Of a stretch of 64,000 bases of DNA, positions 23,260 to 36,583 are shown one piece after another. The translations under genes were made by a program, and so were the position numbers. The DNA is from Squalus acanthias (lineage: Eukaryota), in assembly GCA_030390025.1 (NCBI GenBank), contig CM059432.1:27096001-27160000 (forward strand), read 5' to 3'. The notes below the pieces were generated by a model. The model saw only the letters and a list, made by a program, of their open reading frames with translations, was not told where the DNA came from and did no database searches. How positions within the stretch are numbered: the first letter of the stretch is position 1; each line of letters starts with the position of its first letter.

Positions 23260-24926
23260 ATCTGCAACTGTTAAACATCTGATGTCTGGGAGTTGGTCGT
23301 AGTCTCAAACCCACAGCATTTGTCCTGCTACCCTGGCATACCCCAGATGGGGGCACCACCAGCCCTTCATCATCCCACATGACGGGTCCGATTCTGGGGA
23401 TGTCATCAAGCATGTCCACCACGTCTTTATATTCCTTTAGCTGGTTAATATGGAACCACTTTTCCTTTCCCTTCCGAAAAGCGACCTTACAAACAGATGG
23501 ACTAGCCTTATCAACAATGGGATAAGGTCCCGCCTCCCATTCTATTACCTTAACCAACAAAATACATTTTATTGGCTCTTTTAGACTGACCGATATTAGC
23601 GGTGGCAAAGATCATTATTTGTGTAACTGGTTAACATACTGTTCCTGGGTCAGGGCCTGGTATTGGGGTTCAGACATATCCTGGTACTTTAAATGTTCAG
23701 GTGTTCTCCCGGTCATGAATTCAGGAGGCGAGATATTCGTGGAACGTGACTCACAAGACCTCATGGCCATTAATACCAGGGGTAGCAATTGATCCCATGT
23801 CTGATGGAATTGTCCAATTAGTTTCTTTAGCATAGTTTTCATTGTGCGGTTCATCCTCTCAACTATACCTGATGACGTAGGATTGTGCGAAATATGAAAT
23901 CGCATTTTGATTCCTAACAGCTGCATTGAGGTTTGCATAACCTTTCCAGTGAAGTGGCTCCCCTGATCCTAGTCATTGGATCTCAGAAGACTTCATCGCA
24001 TTGGGGGTCAGGATCGCCTCCATCCACTTGGAGAAGGTGTCTACTATTACTCATACATATTTATTTCCTCTTGTGGATGGGGGAAATGGTCCGATATAAT
24101 CTATTTGCAAATTGATCCAAGGGCCTGCTGTTGGCTGGGTGTGGCGCAACAGTGCTTTTTTGTATTTACATTGGCATTGTGTTGCACACAGATTAGATAG
24201 TTATGGCAAAAGTGTTCCATTTGGCCTCATATTCCTGGTCACCAGGATACCTTTTGGAGTCTTTCTAAGGTGCCCCATTGTCCTTGATGTAACGAGGTTA
24301 TTGCATCATGGGCTTGGTAGAGAAAAGCATTCCTCTCATTCTGCGGTACTACCCATTTTTGATCGTACAACAAGACTCCATCTTTCACCTCCACTTTTGG
24401 TTAATTAGCATATTCTCCATGTGGACTTTACTTTAATAATGTTGCTATTACTGCCTTTATTTCAGGACCCTCATTTTGCAATTGTTTCAAATCAATCGGG
24501 TCAGGTACTTTCATGGGCTGATTGGCATCCATTGGGGGGAATATTTCTACCGGATCGCAATCCATTCCCTCTTCACCTCCTTTCCTAGCCAATTCATCAG
24601 TTTTCTGATTCCTGTCCCATAGAGGTTCAGTTTTGGTGTGTGCCCTTTATGGACTGCTATGTCTCCGGGAACTTTCTTTGCTTTATTAAAAATTACCCAT
24701 AAAATTGGAGTGGAGTGTAAGGCTTCCCTATCTGCTGAAATGATCGCCCACTTTTTCCATGTCGGGAGATATTCCATTAGGGAATATGCTACAGCCACAA
24801 ACTTGGCCGTTTGAGCAGACGTATGGGTGGGCAGCTTCAGTGCTAGTTCTGTTTGTCTATCAGGATTGTATATATCCTTTCTTCATCTTTCATTTTGCTG
24901 GATCCATCAACATATCAACAATTATC

Positions 24927-25300
24927 GGGAACGGTGGCATAGTGGTTATGTTACTGGACCAGTAATCCAGAGGCCTGGACTAATGATCCGGAGACATGAG
25001 TTCGAATCCCACCACAGCAGCTGTGGAATTTAAATTCAGTTAATTAATTAAATCTGGAATAAAAAGCTAGTATCAATAATGGTGACCATGAAACTACCAG
25101 ATTGTCATAAAAACCCATTTGGTTCACTAATGTCCTTTAGGGAAGGAAATCTGCCATCCTTACCTGGTCTGGCCTATATGTGACTCCAGACCCACAGCAA
25201 TGTGGTTGACTCTTAACAGCCCTCTGAAATGGCAATTAGGGATGGGCAATAAATGCTGGCCTTGCCAGCGATGCCCACATTCTGTGAACGAATAAAAAAA
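24927..25300 (+). mobile_element. tRNA-derived SINE (bipartite derivative of the tRNA-headed LINE) inserted in the retroelement RNase H
   Basis: A box TGGCATAGTGG, B box GTTCGAATCCC. The body matches 29690-29975 and 51550-51815. The tail GGGATGGGCAATAAATGCTG...GAATAAAAAAA matches 54690-54756. Confidence 0.88.
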
Positions 25301-26922
25301 TATATATAGCCCATGTGTTAGGCAATAATCCTGACTTAATCGGTCCCTCCAGGTGCGTTTGATTTTCCACCTCACACTGATGTCTTTCACCTTGGTACAT
25401 CAGATTCACCGCTAGACCCACTAGACTCAATGGATCAGGATTATGGATTATGTTATCCCTTCCCTGCATTAATAGGCTCCACCGGGCTAATTGGACGTTG
25501 GGCACTGAACTGTCTTTCAACCTTCCATCCAACAATATGATGTATGATTGGTCAACAAGTGTAGCAGTGCCAATCCCATTATGTAGGTAACGTGTTTAAT
25601 GGTCCAAAAGGTTGCTAATAGATGTTTCTCGCACATGGAGTAATTAATCTCTACTGGAGTGAGAACCGAGGCCTCTGTTTCTCATGGGTCTTTTGTGTTA
25701 GGCCAGTCGATATTGAGTATTCGCTGGCTGGTGTTTCTATGTCGAAGGGCTTTTCTGAGTCGGCTGAGACTGGGACAGGTACTTTATATAAAGCTTCCTT
25801 TAACGGTTTGATTGCCTCTGCACAGACTGGTGTCCATCCCCACGCGACATTCTTTTTCCGCAAAGCATAGAGGGGCGCACCTAAATGCCACAAAACTCTT
25901 GATAAAATTCTGCCTGTGCCTCACCAATACAAAAAATGATCGTATTGCTTTAACGGACATTGGTAAGAACAACCCCTGAATGGTCTTTACCTTCATTTCA
26001 TCAATGCCCCTCCCTCCTTTGCAAATATTTATTCCCAATAAGGTTACCTGGTTTTGTGCTATCTGCGCCTTTTTTTGGATTAACCTTTAAGCCTTCTCTG
26101 GTCAACAACAACAGCTCTCTTAACAATATCACACGCCATTCCAATAGGAAATCGCCCACAAATGATATCAAACATTCAGGCTGGCTAAATTGAATTATGG
26201 CTTTAGCCATTTGTTGGTGGAAAATAGAGGGAGAATCGTGGAACCCCTGTGGTAAAGAAATCGGGTATACTGTTGGTCCTGGAATATAAAGGCAAACTTG
26301 TACTGGTGTTCCGGATTAAGGGGAATGGACCAAAATTCATTCAATATGTCCAATACCATGAACACTGGATTTTGAGATTGGTCTTATGGACACCCTGGTG
26401 CTGATTCCACAGTTGGAGCACGCCTTATTTAGCTGTTGATAATCAGTGGTTAGTCGCCAAGAGCCATCGGATTTTCTGACAGGCCAAATAGGTGAGTTTG
26501 TCTTAATCACTAATGGGTGCAAGACACCTTGCTGGAGGAGTGAGTCAATAGCCTTTCTAATATGCTAATTTGCTTCTCGTGGGAAGCAATATTGCTTTAA
26601 TGGATGGGGCAGAACGGGTCGTTCCATGTCAACCACTCCCTTCATTCTATCACAATCGTGTTTATGTTTGGTGAACGCCTCCTCATTTTCTTTTACGACT
26701 TGCATCTCGGAAATTATTCATCCAAATCAGACCCCTGTACTGGGGCGATCATGCAGTTCTCTCCATATGGGGTCCTCTATTTCTGTCTCCTCAGTTTGAC
26801 AAATAGCGCTGTTTTCTAAATCCACAATCCATTGCCTACCCACCAGTATATCTGCTCCTAACACTCCTTTCATATTTGGCAGATTTATAATTACATACAC
26901 CCATGTACTCTTAATAGATCCT

Positions 26923-29030
26923 GGGGGAAAAATTCATGCATGCCAACAGAATTGCTGGTGTCAGCGGCAACTCGAGTTAACGGCCACTGAAAATGGCCGC
27001 AGTGCTACCGGTGATAAATTCGCGCTGGGGGTTGGCTAACTTACCGTGCAACACCCTCCTGGTGGCGTTAATGCCGACCTCCAACCAGAAGTTCCCATCC
27101 ACAGCTTTTTAAAGCCTGTGTGAGTGCGGTTGTGGAGTTCGCAAGGCATTGTGGGCAATTAAAGGGGCAATGCATTCAGAACTAATAAAAATTACAATGC
27201 AGTGAAAAAATGCAGCTTTCAGCCCTTACTGCCTGTCAATAAAAAAATGACCATTAAAAAGAAGTCCCAAATGGGAGTCTTCAGCACTTAAAGCTGAATT
27301 CCCTTCTGAACCTCAAAAAATGGGAAAGGTGCTTCAGCACCAACACAAATGGCTCAGCAAGCCAGGGAAGGGCCACCCAGGGTTTTGCACGCAGAACTCC
27401 AGCTTTTTGTCGGGGGGTCAACACTGCAAGAGAGGACCTCTACCCACAGGGGCCAGGAGGCCCTCCAGAAAGAACGATGTGGGATCACATCACCGAGACC
27501 GTCACTACCAGCAGTGTCGCCCCCACCACCTGGCTCCAGTGCCCAAAGAAGCTTCATGACCTCAGACCACTAGTCAAGGTCAGTGAATGCATCTTCAAAA
27601 GCCGTCTCCTACCAACTGCATCACTAGCCTCACACACTGCTCAATGCAAGACTCCCCCCAACACCCCAATCACTCACCTACCAACAATCTGCACCACTCA
27701 TGAGGCACATCTCCCATTCCTAGCCTCACCTCACCCCCTTGGAGGAGACAGTGCTGGCCATTCTTGGCAGGGGCATAACTCAGCCCTTGGGCAGTGGCGG
27801 GGATGAAAGGATACAAGATGCTGGTATCCTCAAACGTTATCCTCCTTCTCGCATGCACCTCTTGCTTTCCTGCCCTCCCCTCACCACAACTCCACCCTTG
27901 TACCTTCCTCATTTCACACACCCAAGAAATGCAGCCTGCCCAGCCAGTGGGTGCCCAAAACGAGGGAGAGGAGAGTGAAGAAGAAGACGATTGATTTGAC
28001 ACTCCCAGCTACCAGCTCCTCAAGGTCGACCAGCAAAGCCATTTGCAGTGCCCCCACTGAAAGTCAGCAGCGCCCCCACTGAAAGTCAGCAGCCTTCCAC
28101 CAGCTATGCTGCAGCCACTGGGGTAGAACTAGGGTAGGCAAAGGCACACACAAGACAGTCACTAAGACAATGCATAAGGGTGATGAGTTGATTTCTTGAT
28201 GTCATATTGGATGGATAGATGTATAAAGTTGGATTAGAAAGTGTGCTTTGTGGTGGCTTTTATTTCAGCATCGTGGCCAAGAAGACGCTGTGATGGTCAG
28301 TAACAGAGGGAAGGTAAGGTGTGGGACTAATGTTGAAAGGGGAATTGGGTGATACCGGATTCGATCCCAGATACCCTGGCCACAATGGGGCTATCTGGGA
28401 TGCATCCTTCCATCTGCTTCTCCTCTTCTGCTTCTTCCTCTTCTTCCTCTTCCTCTTCCCTCTGCGAGCGGATGCTGTAAATATGAAGTGCCAGCATAAA
28501 ATGCTGGAAATACTCAGCAGCTCAGGCAGCATCTCGACCTGAGATGTGAACTCTGTTTCTCTCTCCACGGATGTTGCCTGACCTGTTGAGTATTTGCAGC
28601 ATTTTCTGTTTTCTCAGAGGCCTTCGCTTACCATCCGAGGCCTTGCAAGCATTCAGCTGCATTTCCTACACACTTAAAAAAACTTTTAACATCTGTTGAA
28701 GCAAAGACTACTTCAATAAAATAAAAAAAAAACAGTCCAAAAGCTTAAATGCAAACTTACCTGAAGGATGTGTGTGTCCCTTTGAAAAGTGCCGACAGCG
28801 CCTCTGTCAGTCTCTTTACATGTTGGGTTTCCCTGGTATGGTTATGACCCAGTGCTGAACTCAGTGCTAGAGTCAAAGTTGGCCATCGTGACGTTAAGCC
28901 GGCGTTGCACCCTGACTGATGTCAGCAATCCACCATTTGTTTTTTGCAGGGCGCTAGTACTTACCGCCAGCGCTACTGAGACGATGAAAATGGAGGACGT
29001 CATGGCACTCGCCACCAGTTAGTGAAAGAG
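26923..29030. mobile_element. Internally deleted Harbinger element (Myb remnant +, transposase 3' remnant -)
   Basis: Starts GGGGGAAAAATT. WDHITETVTTSSVAPTTWLQCPKKLHDL..VK|gtcagt at 27479-27585. Inverted poly-Glu transposase tail at 28340-28470. Confidence 0.75.
28490..28612. mobile_element. Fold-back Penelope-derived insertion, hammerhead core truncated
   Basis: Inverted arms AAAATGCTGGAAATACTCAGCAGCTCAGGCAGCATC / GATGTTGCCTGACCTGTTGAGTATTTGCAGCATTTT. Confidence 0.75.
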
Positions 29031-29034
29031 CAGT

Positions 29035-29688
29035 GGTATTTGATTTCTTGGTGACTATCTTACATTGATAACCTCTAGTTTTGCTCTTCCTCACTAGTGG
29101 AAACACTCTCTCTCTGTCTACGCTATCAAAACCTTTCATAATTTTAAAGACCTCTATTAGGTCACCCCTCAGCCTTCTTTTTTCAAGAGAAAAGAGACCC
29201 AGCCTATTCATCCTTTCCTGATAGGTATAACCTCGCATTTCTAGTACCATGCTTGTAAATCTTTATTGACTATCTGCACCCACCACCCCCCCCCCCCGCC
29301 AAATTTGGTGTCACCCGCAAATTTAGAAATTGTGTTTTTGATTCCAAAGTCTATATTGCTAATATAAATTGTGAACAACAGTGATCCCAACACTGATCCT
29401 TGTGGAACCCCACGTTCCACCTTCTGCCACTCTGAATACCTATCCTTTACCCCTACTCTTTGTTTTCTGTCTTGAAGCCACTCTACTACTTGTCCCCTGA
29501 CTCCGCATGGTCTGACCTTATTCATTAGTCTATTATATGGCACCTTATCGAAGGCCTATTGGAAATCTAGATTAATTGCATCGACTGCCTTAATCTTGTC
29601 TACCCTCGCTGTTACCTTTTCAAAGAATTCAATGAGGTTGGTCAAGCAAGACTCTCCCTTTTGAAATCCATGCTGACTATTCATTATT
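29035..29688 (-). mobile_element. CR1 RT fragment with internal deletion
   Basis: ORFs 28954-29250 and 29241-29543 ([15 protein letters not shown]). Same subfamily as 42696-43897. Confidence 0.88.
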
Positions 29689-29689
29689 A

Positions 29690-30998
29690 GCTTACTGGAC
29701 TAGTAATCCAGAGGCCTGGACTAATGATCCAGATACGGGAGTTCAAATCCCACCACGGCAGCTGGGGAATTTAAATTCAGTTAATTAAATAAATCTGGAA
29801 CAAAAAGCCAGTATCACTAATGGTGACCATGAAACTATCGGATGGTCGTAAAAACCCATCTGGTTCACTGATGTCCTTTAGGAAAGAAAATCTGCCGTCC
29901 TTACCTGGTCTGGCCTAGATGTGACTCCAGACCCACAGCAATGTGGTTCACTCTTAACTGCCCTCTGAAATGGCCTAGCAAGTCACTCAGTTGTACACAA
30001 CTGCTACAAAAAACAGACACAACAATGGCACACCCAGCCCAGTCGACACTGCAAAGTCCTCCTCACTAACATCTGGGGACTTGTGCCAAAATTGGGAGAG
30101 CTGTCCCACAGACTAGTCAAGCAACAGCCTGACATAGTCATACTCACAGGATCATACCTTTCAGCCAATGCCCCAGATTTCTCCATCACCATCTCTGGGT
30201 ATGTCCTGTCCCACCGGCAGGACAGACCCACCAGAGATGGCGGCACAGTGATATACAGTCAGGAGGGAGTGGCCCTGGGAGTCCTCAACATTGACTCCGG
30301 ACCCCATGAAGTCTCATGGCTTCAGGTCAAGCATGGGCAAGGAAACCTCCTGCTGATTACCCTCCCTCAACTGATGAATCAGTACTCCTCCATTTGGCAC
30401 AGCACTTGGAAGAAGCACTGAGGGTAGCAAGGGCACAGAATGTACTCTGGGTGGGGGATTCAATGTCCATCACCAAAAGTGGCTCAGTAGCACCAGAACT
30501 GACCGAGCTGGCCGAGTCCTGAAGGACATAACTGCCAGACTAGGACTGCGGCAGGTGGTGAGAGAACCAACATGAGGGAAAATCCTACTTGACCTTGTCC
30601 TCACCAATCCACCTGTCACCGATGCATCTCTCCATGACAGCATTGGTAGCAGTGACCACCTCACAGTCCTTGTGGAGACGAAATCTCGTCTTCACACTGA
30701 GGACACCCTCCATCATGTTGTGTGGCACTACCACCATGCTAAATGGGATAGATTCAGAACAGATCTAACAGCTCAAAACTGGACATCCATGAGGCGCTGT
30801 GAGCCATCAGCAGCAGCAGAATTGTATTCCACCACAATCTGTAACCTCATGGACCAGCATATCCCTCACTCTACCATTACCATCAAGTCAGGGGACCAAC
30901 CCTAGTTCAATGAGGAGTGTAGAAGAGCATGCCAGGAGCAGCACTAGGAGAACCTAAAAATGAGGTGCCAATCTGGGGAAGCTGCACACAGGACTACT
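29690..30998 (+). mobile_element. 5' part of the tRNA-headed CR1-group LINE (AP endonuclease)
   Basis: tRNA-like head followed by NIWGL, IVILTGSYL, DRPTRDGG and SDH endonuclease motifs; collinear with 51550-52890. Confidence 0.88.
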
Positions 30999-31182
30999 GT
31001 TAGAAATTAGGGATACATAAAAAATATATGGTTATGCGAATGAAAGTGTGATGTGAATATTACTGTATTTAAATGATTGTATTAGAGCACGAGATAAGTA
31101 AGGGGTTAATGTATAAGTTGTGTTTTACTGGAACTGCTTAAGTTTTGGTTTCCTGGAAACTTGTATTAGAGCTTGAGATACA

Positions 31183-32055
31183 GGGGGAGAAATTCGGTTG
31201 GTTAGCGTCTCCTGTTAGCACCTGGCGGGGGCACTAATGAAGTAACACCGGGGTGAAGCGAATCCAGTGCCGCACGCCAAATCCAGTCGCCCCTTAGCGC
31301 CGCCGCTAACAGTTAGCGCCTGGGGCTTTAGCGCCAGGCAGATCGTGACATCAGTGAGCATGCAATGCTCACTGAGCGCCCGATCTGACAAATTGATTAT
31401 TGCCCCCTGCCTTAGCGCCTCGCCCCGACAACAACAGGAAGAGGAGGCGTGAAGCAGGCGGATGGCGGCTCCAGGGGCGCTATTTAAAGGGATCAGTCAC
31501 AGCTGTCAGGTTAGTGCTGTTTCACTGCTTCCTTGTCAGTTTGCGATTGTGCATGAGTTCACTTCAGTCAGTTAAAGGTTCTTTAGTATCAGGAGTGTTG
31601 TGGCTACTAAAAATTTCTTACATTTATTCTGACAAAATTTCAAAGTGCTACACTTGGTTTACTTACATTAATGGGGGCTGTACTGGTAGTTGACCTCACC
31701 CTCCAGGATCTACTGCGGAAGGAGCGGAGACAGTGAGAAAGATTGCAAGATGTCACCAGAGGGAGGAGGATGGCCATCAGGACTCTCAACAGGAGGCCTT
31801 ATCCTCCGAGGGTATTCCGAGAGCACTTCTCCTACCTACAAAGCGAGAGGCGGTGCATTAGAAGGCTCTGCTTCAGCAAGGATGTGGTCACCAAACTCTG
31901 CCACCTCCTGCAACCAGACCTCGAACCTCAGATCAGGTCGACCATGGCTCTCTCAGTGGCAGTCAAGGTCACCGTCACCCTCAATTTCTTCGACAGCGGT
32001 TCCTTCCCTCTGCAACAGGAGATATAGCAAACATCTCGCTGTCCATCGCTACATC
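31183..32055 (+). mobile_element. Harbinger 5' end with transposase N-terminus, truncated by L2
   Basis: The terminus GGGGGAGAAATTCGGTTGGTTAGCG resembles 44488. RRPYPPRVFREHFSYL...RRLCFSK...LSVAVKVTVTLNFF. Confidence 0.85.
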
Positions 32056-35000
32056 CGGATGCTCTCGGATACTCTGCCCTCCCAAACCCCTACCCCAATC
32101 CTTCTTTACTCTTTGACCTTCCTACTCCCCTGCGGCCGTCCCAGGCTTGACTCCCTCTTAGATAAGCCTACAGCTTCCCTCTGTGCCTCTCTTGGTATCC
32201 TACTAAGGACCCATTGAGGCACTCGTCACTTATGAGCAGCAACCCCAACTGTCCCATCCTACTCTCTTGCCGAACTTCCCACCCAGCGCACCCACTGGGG
32301 GCTAATCTTGCCAATCTCCTCCCCGTCCAACTCATCCCCCCCAGCGCTGTCCCTGTGGACGCTGGCAGTGGGTCAGCCATCAGCGACCCTCTCCGCATCT
32401 CCCTCCAGAATGTCCATTCACTTGCGAACATGGCCCTGGCCATCCATGAGCTTATCATGGATGATTGCATTGACATCATGGCCCTGACGGAAACGTGGCT
32501 GAGGGGTGATGACACCATACCCTTAAATGAAGCTCCCTGCCTGGCTATACCTTCCACCACTTGCCCCGCTCAGACCGCCGTGGTGGCAGTGTGGCTCTCC
32601 TCACCAATCACACCTTGGTCTGTCCCCCTGCTCCTCTGCCACTTTCGTCTCCTTTGACCATCTCACCTTATTCCACCCCTCTCACATCTCATTTAAAATT
32701 CTCATTCGCTACCGCCCACCCAAGTACCATAAAAATTTTATTACCGAGATATCTTCACTGCTTTCCTCCCTCAGCCGCTGCACCAAGCAACTTCTCATCC
32801 TCAGTGATTTCAACCTCATCTCAATTCATCATGCTCTCTCTCCTCTGAGTTCGCTAGTCTCCTATCCTCCCTTAATCTCTCCCTCCATGTAAACTCCTCA
32901 ACTCATATTCACGGCCATCCCTTGACCTTGCCATCTCTCGTGGCCTCGCTACTCCTATCGTGCAGATAAGGCCACCTCTGACCACTTCCTCGTATCGCTC
33001 TCCACCCACATCCCACTTCATCCTCCCCCCCCCCGCCACCCCGCCCAACCCTACTTCCTTCTGTGTCCTCCCCTGGAAAAAACTCTCTCCCAACTCTCTT
33101 ATAACTGCACCTACGAAGTCCCAACTGTCCAGCCTTTGGCCCTCCATTCACCACAACATTTCTGCAGCCACCGATCTGCTCAGCCACACCCTCACCACCA
33201 CCGTTGATGTCCTAGTCCCTCTTAAAATAATTACTCTCTCTCACCCTGGCTGCTCCCCCTGGTACAGCCTTCATCTTCGCTCCCTGCATCCCTTAAGTCC
33301 AAGGGACGCAGACTGGAACGGATATGACGGACAACTGGTTTAGCCATTCACTGCCAGATCTTGCTGGACCACATAAAGCATTGTCGGGGCCTGCTCTCGT
33401 CTGCCAAAATTGCTCACTGTTTCAGAATCATTCCGGAAAGCAAAGATAAACTCCGGCTTCTATTCTCCACTGCTAACCATCTTCTTAAACACCTCTCCCC
33501 TGTCTCCTCCACCCTCACCTCCGACAACAAGTGTGAGGAGCTCATGGACTTCTTTGTCTCTAAGATTGAGACCATCCATTCAGCTGCCTCTGCCACTTCC
33601 CTTCCTTCCCCAAGCCCACCGGGCCAGACTTCCTCTAAGGTTGCCCGCTGCCCTAGCCCTGAACTCACATCTTTCTCTAATTTCTCTCCGATCTCCCCTC
33701 ATGACCTCTCCGCGCTCATCTTGTCCATGAGATCCACTTTCTGCTCCCTCAACCCTATTCCCACCAAACTGCTGACCACCCAATTTCTTTTTCTGGCTCC
33801 CATGTTAGCTGACATTGTTAACGGTTCTCTCTCCTCAAGTACTGTCCTCCTCTCCCTCAAATCTGCTGTCATCACCCCTCTCCTCAAAAAAATAACCCTT
33901 GACCTTCCGTCCTTGCACACTACCGCCCCCATCTCCAACCTTCCTTTCCTCTCCAAAGTCCTATAATGTGTTGTCGCCTTCCAAATCCGTGCCCATCTTT
34001 CCCACAACTCCATGTCGGAATCCCTCCAATCAGGTTTCCACCCTTGCCACAGTACCAAAACGGCTCTCATCAAAGTCACAAATGACATCACTTGTGACTG
34101 TGACAAAGGTAAATTATCCCTCCTCGTCCTTCTTGACTTCTCTGCAGCCTTTGACACGGTTCACCACTCCATCCTTCTCCAAAGCCTCTCCACCCTCGTC
34201 CAGCTGGGTGGGACTGCAGTCGCCTGGTTCTATTCTTATCTATCTAATCGTAGCCAGAGAATCACCTGCAACGGCTTCTCTTCCTGCTCCCGCATCGTTA
34301 CCTCTGGTGTCCCCCAAGGATCTATCCTTGGCCCCCTCCTATTTCTCATCTACATGTTGCCCCTTGGCGACATCATCTGAAAATGCAGCGTCAGTTTCCA
34401 CATGTACGCTGACGACACCCAGCTCTACCTCACTACCTCTTCTCTCGACCCCTCCACAATCTCTAAATTTTCAGACTGTTTGTCCGACATCCAGTTCTGG
34501 ATGAGCAGAAATTTTCACCAATTAAATATTGGGACGACCGAAGACATTGTTTTTGGTCCCCGCCACTAACTCCGTTCCCTAGCCACTGACTCCATCCCTC
34601 CCCCTAACATCTGTCTGAGGCCGAACCACACTGTTCGCAACCTTGGTGTCATATTTGACCCTGAAACGAGCTTCCGACTACATATCCGCAGCATAACAAA
34701 GACCACCTATTTCCACCTCCGTAACATCGCCCGTCCCCTCCCTTGCCTCAGCTCATCCGCTGCTGAAACCCTTATCCATGCCTTTGTTACCTCTAGACTT
34801 GACTATTCCAACACACTCCTGGCTGGCCTCCCACATTCCACCCTACATAAACTTGAGGTCATCCAAAACTCAGCTGCCTGTGTCCTAAAATCACGGGATT
34901 GGGGGTAATATTCTGGCATGGATAGAGGATTGGCTATCTAACAGAAAGCAAAGAGTTGGGATAAATGGTTCATTCTCAGACTGGCAATCAGTAACTAGTG

Positions 35001-36452
35001 GTGTTCCACAGGGGTCAGTGCTGGGTCCCCAACTCTTCACAATCTATATTAACGATTTGGAGGAAGGGACCAAGTGTAACATATCAAAATTTGCAGATGA
35101 TACAAAGATGGGAGGGAAAGTAGTGAGTGAGGAGGACATAAAAAACCTGCAAGGGGACATAGACAGGCTAAGTAAGTGGGCAGAGATTTGGCAGATGGAA
35201 TACAACACTGGAAAGTGTGAGGTGATGCACTTTGGCAGGAAAAATCCTAGAGCAATTTATTATCTTAATGGCAAGAAACTGGAGAGTACTGAAGTGCAAA
35301 GGGATCTGGGGGTCCTGGTGCACGAAACTCAAAAGGTTAGTATGCAGGTGCAGCAAGTGATTAAGAAGGCAAATGGAATGTTGGCTTTCATTGCTAGGGG
35401 GATAGAATATAAAAATAGGGAGGTATTGCTTCAGTTGTACAAGGTATTAGTGAGACCGCACCTGGAATACTGCATACAGTTTTGGTGTCCTTACTTAAGG
35501 AAAGACATCCTTGCTCTCGAGGCAGTGCAAAAAAGGTTCACTCGGTTAATCCCGGGGATGAGGGGGTGGTCATATGAGGAGAGGTTGGGTAGATTGGGAC
35601 TCTACTCATTGGAGTTCAGAAGAATGAGAGGCGATCTTATTGAAACATATAAGATTGTGAAGGGGTTGGATCGGGTGGATGCGGGGAGGATGTTCCCGAT
35701 GACGGGTGAGACGAGAACCAGGGGACATAGTCTTAGAATAAGGGGCTGCTCTTTCAAAACTGAGATGAGGAGGAACTACTTCACTCAGAGGGTGGTAGGT
35801 CCATGGAATATGCTGCCACAAAAAGCTGTAGAAGCTACAACATTAATTAAATTTAAAACAGAAATAGACAGTTTCCTAGAAGTAAAGGGCATTAAGGGTT
35901 ACGGGGAGCGGGCAGGAATTTGGACATGAGTCTAGGTTCGGATCGGTCATGGCCCTGTGGGTAGTGGAGCGGGCCCAGGGACTGTGTAGCCTGATTCTGC
36001 TCCTATTTCGTGTGTGCAATTCTGTTAGATGCAGGAGATGGTTCTGTGATAGATAGTAGATTGGCGGTTAGGATCAGATCAGCCATGATCTTATTGAATG
36101 GCGGAGCAGGCTCGAGGGGCCGATTGGCCTACTCCTGCTCCTATTTCTTATGTTCTTATGTTCTTATGTTCTAACTTGCACCAAGTTCTGTTCACCCATC
36201 ACCCCTATGCTCGCTGACCTACACCCCTCCCTATCTCTGTAATCTCCACCAGCTCCATACCACCCCCCCCCACCCCCGAGATATCTGCGCTCCTCTAATT
36301 CTGCCCTCTTGAGCATCCCAGATTTTAATCGCTCAACCATTGGTGGCCGTGCCACCAGCTGCCAAGCCCTAAGCTCTGGAATTCCCTCCCTATAATCTCT
36401 CCGCCTCTCTACTTCTCTTTCCTCCTTTAAGGCGCTCCTTAAAACTTCCTTA
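32055..36452 (+). mobile_element. Near full-length L2 LINE ORF2 (EN + RT), decayed, interrupted by CR1
   Basis: LQNVHSL, MALTETWL, YRPPK, ISNLPFLSK, LLDFSAAFDTV, GVPQGSILGP, YADD. The sequence resumes at ~36172 after the CR1. Confidence 0.93.
34890..36171 (+). mobile_element. Young 5'-truncated CR1 with uninterrupted RT C-terminal ORF
   Basis: 303-aa ORF 35018-35929 (SKFADD, VRPHLEY) and (TTCTTATG)n tail. Confidence 0.95.
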
Positions 36453-36454
36453 AA

Positions 36455-36583
36455 GATTATGACGAAAGGTCATCGGCCTGAAACGTTAAATCTATTTTCT
36501 TCTCCACGGATGCTGTCTGCTGAGTGATTCCAGCATTTTCTGTTTTTGTTTCAGGTTTCCAGCATCCACAGTACTTTGTTTTT
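36455..36583 (+). mobile_element. Penelope-derived short element, degenerate hammerhead
   Basis: ATGACGAAAGGTCATCGGCCTGAAACGTT...CCAGCATTTTCTG...CAGCATCCACAGTACTTTG. Confidence 0.75.

Larger units (their letters stand above)
22700..26915 (-). mobile_element. Decayed retrovirus-like LTR retroelement internal region (PR end, RT, tether, RNase H, IN, downstream ORF)
   Basis: Minus strand, in order: GVLGADIL (PR end, ~26850); NSPIWPVRKSDGSWRLTTDYQQLNK and PQGFHDSPSIF (RT); tether ending QLARWSLLMQ; WAIY|VDGSS RNase H split by a SINE; IN with WINLQIDYIGP, VIVDTFSKW, DQGSHFTG, GIVERMNRT and WEAGPY. No LTRs or gag remain. Confidence 0.88.

Noticed and set aside
30999..31182. Possible LTR start (TGTTAG...)
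   Set aside because: No matching end or TSD found; left unassigned.
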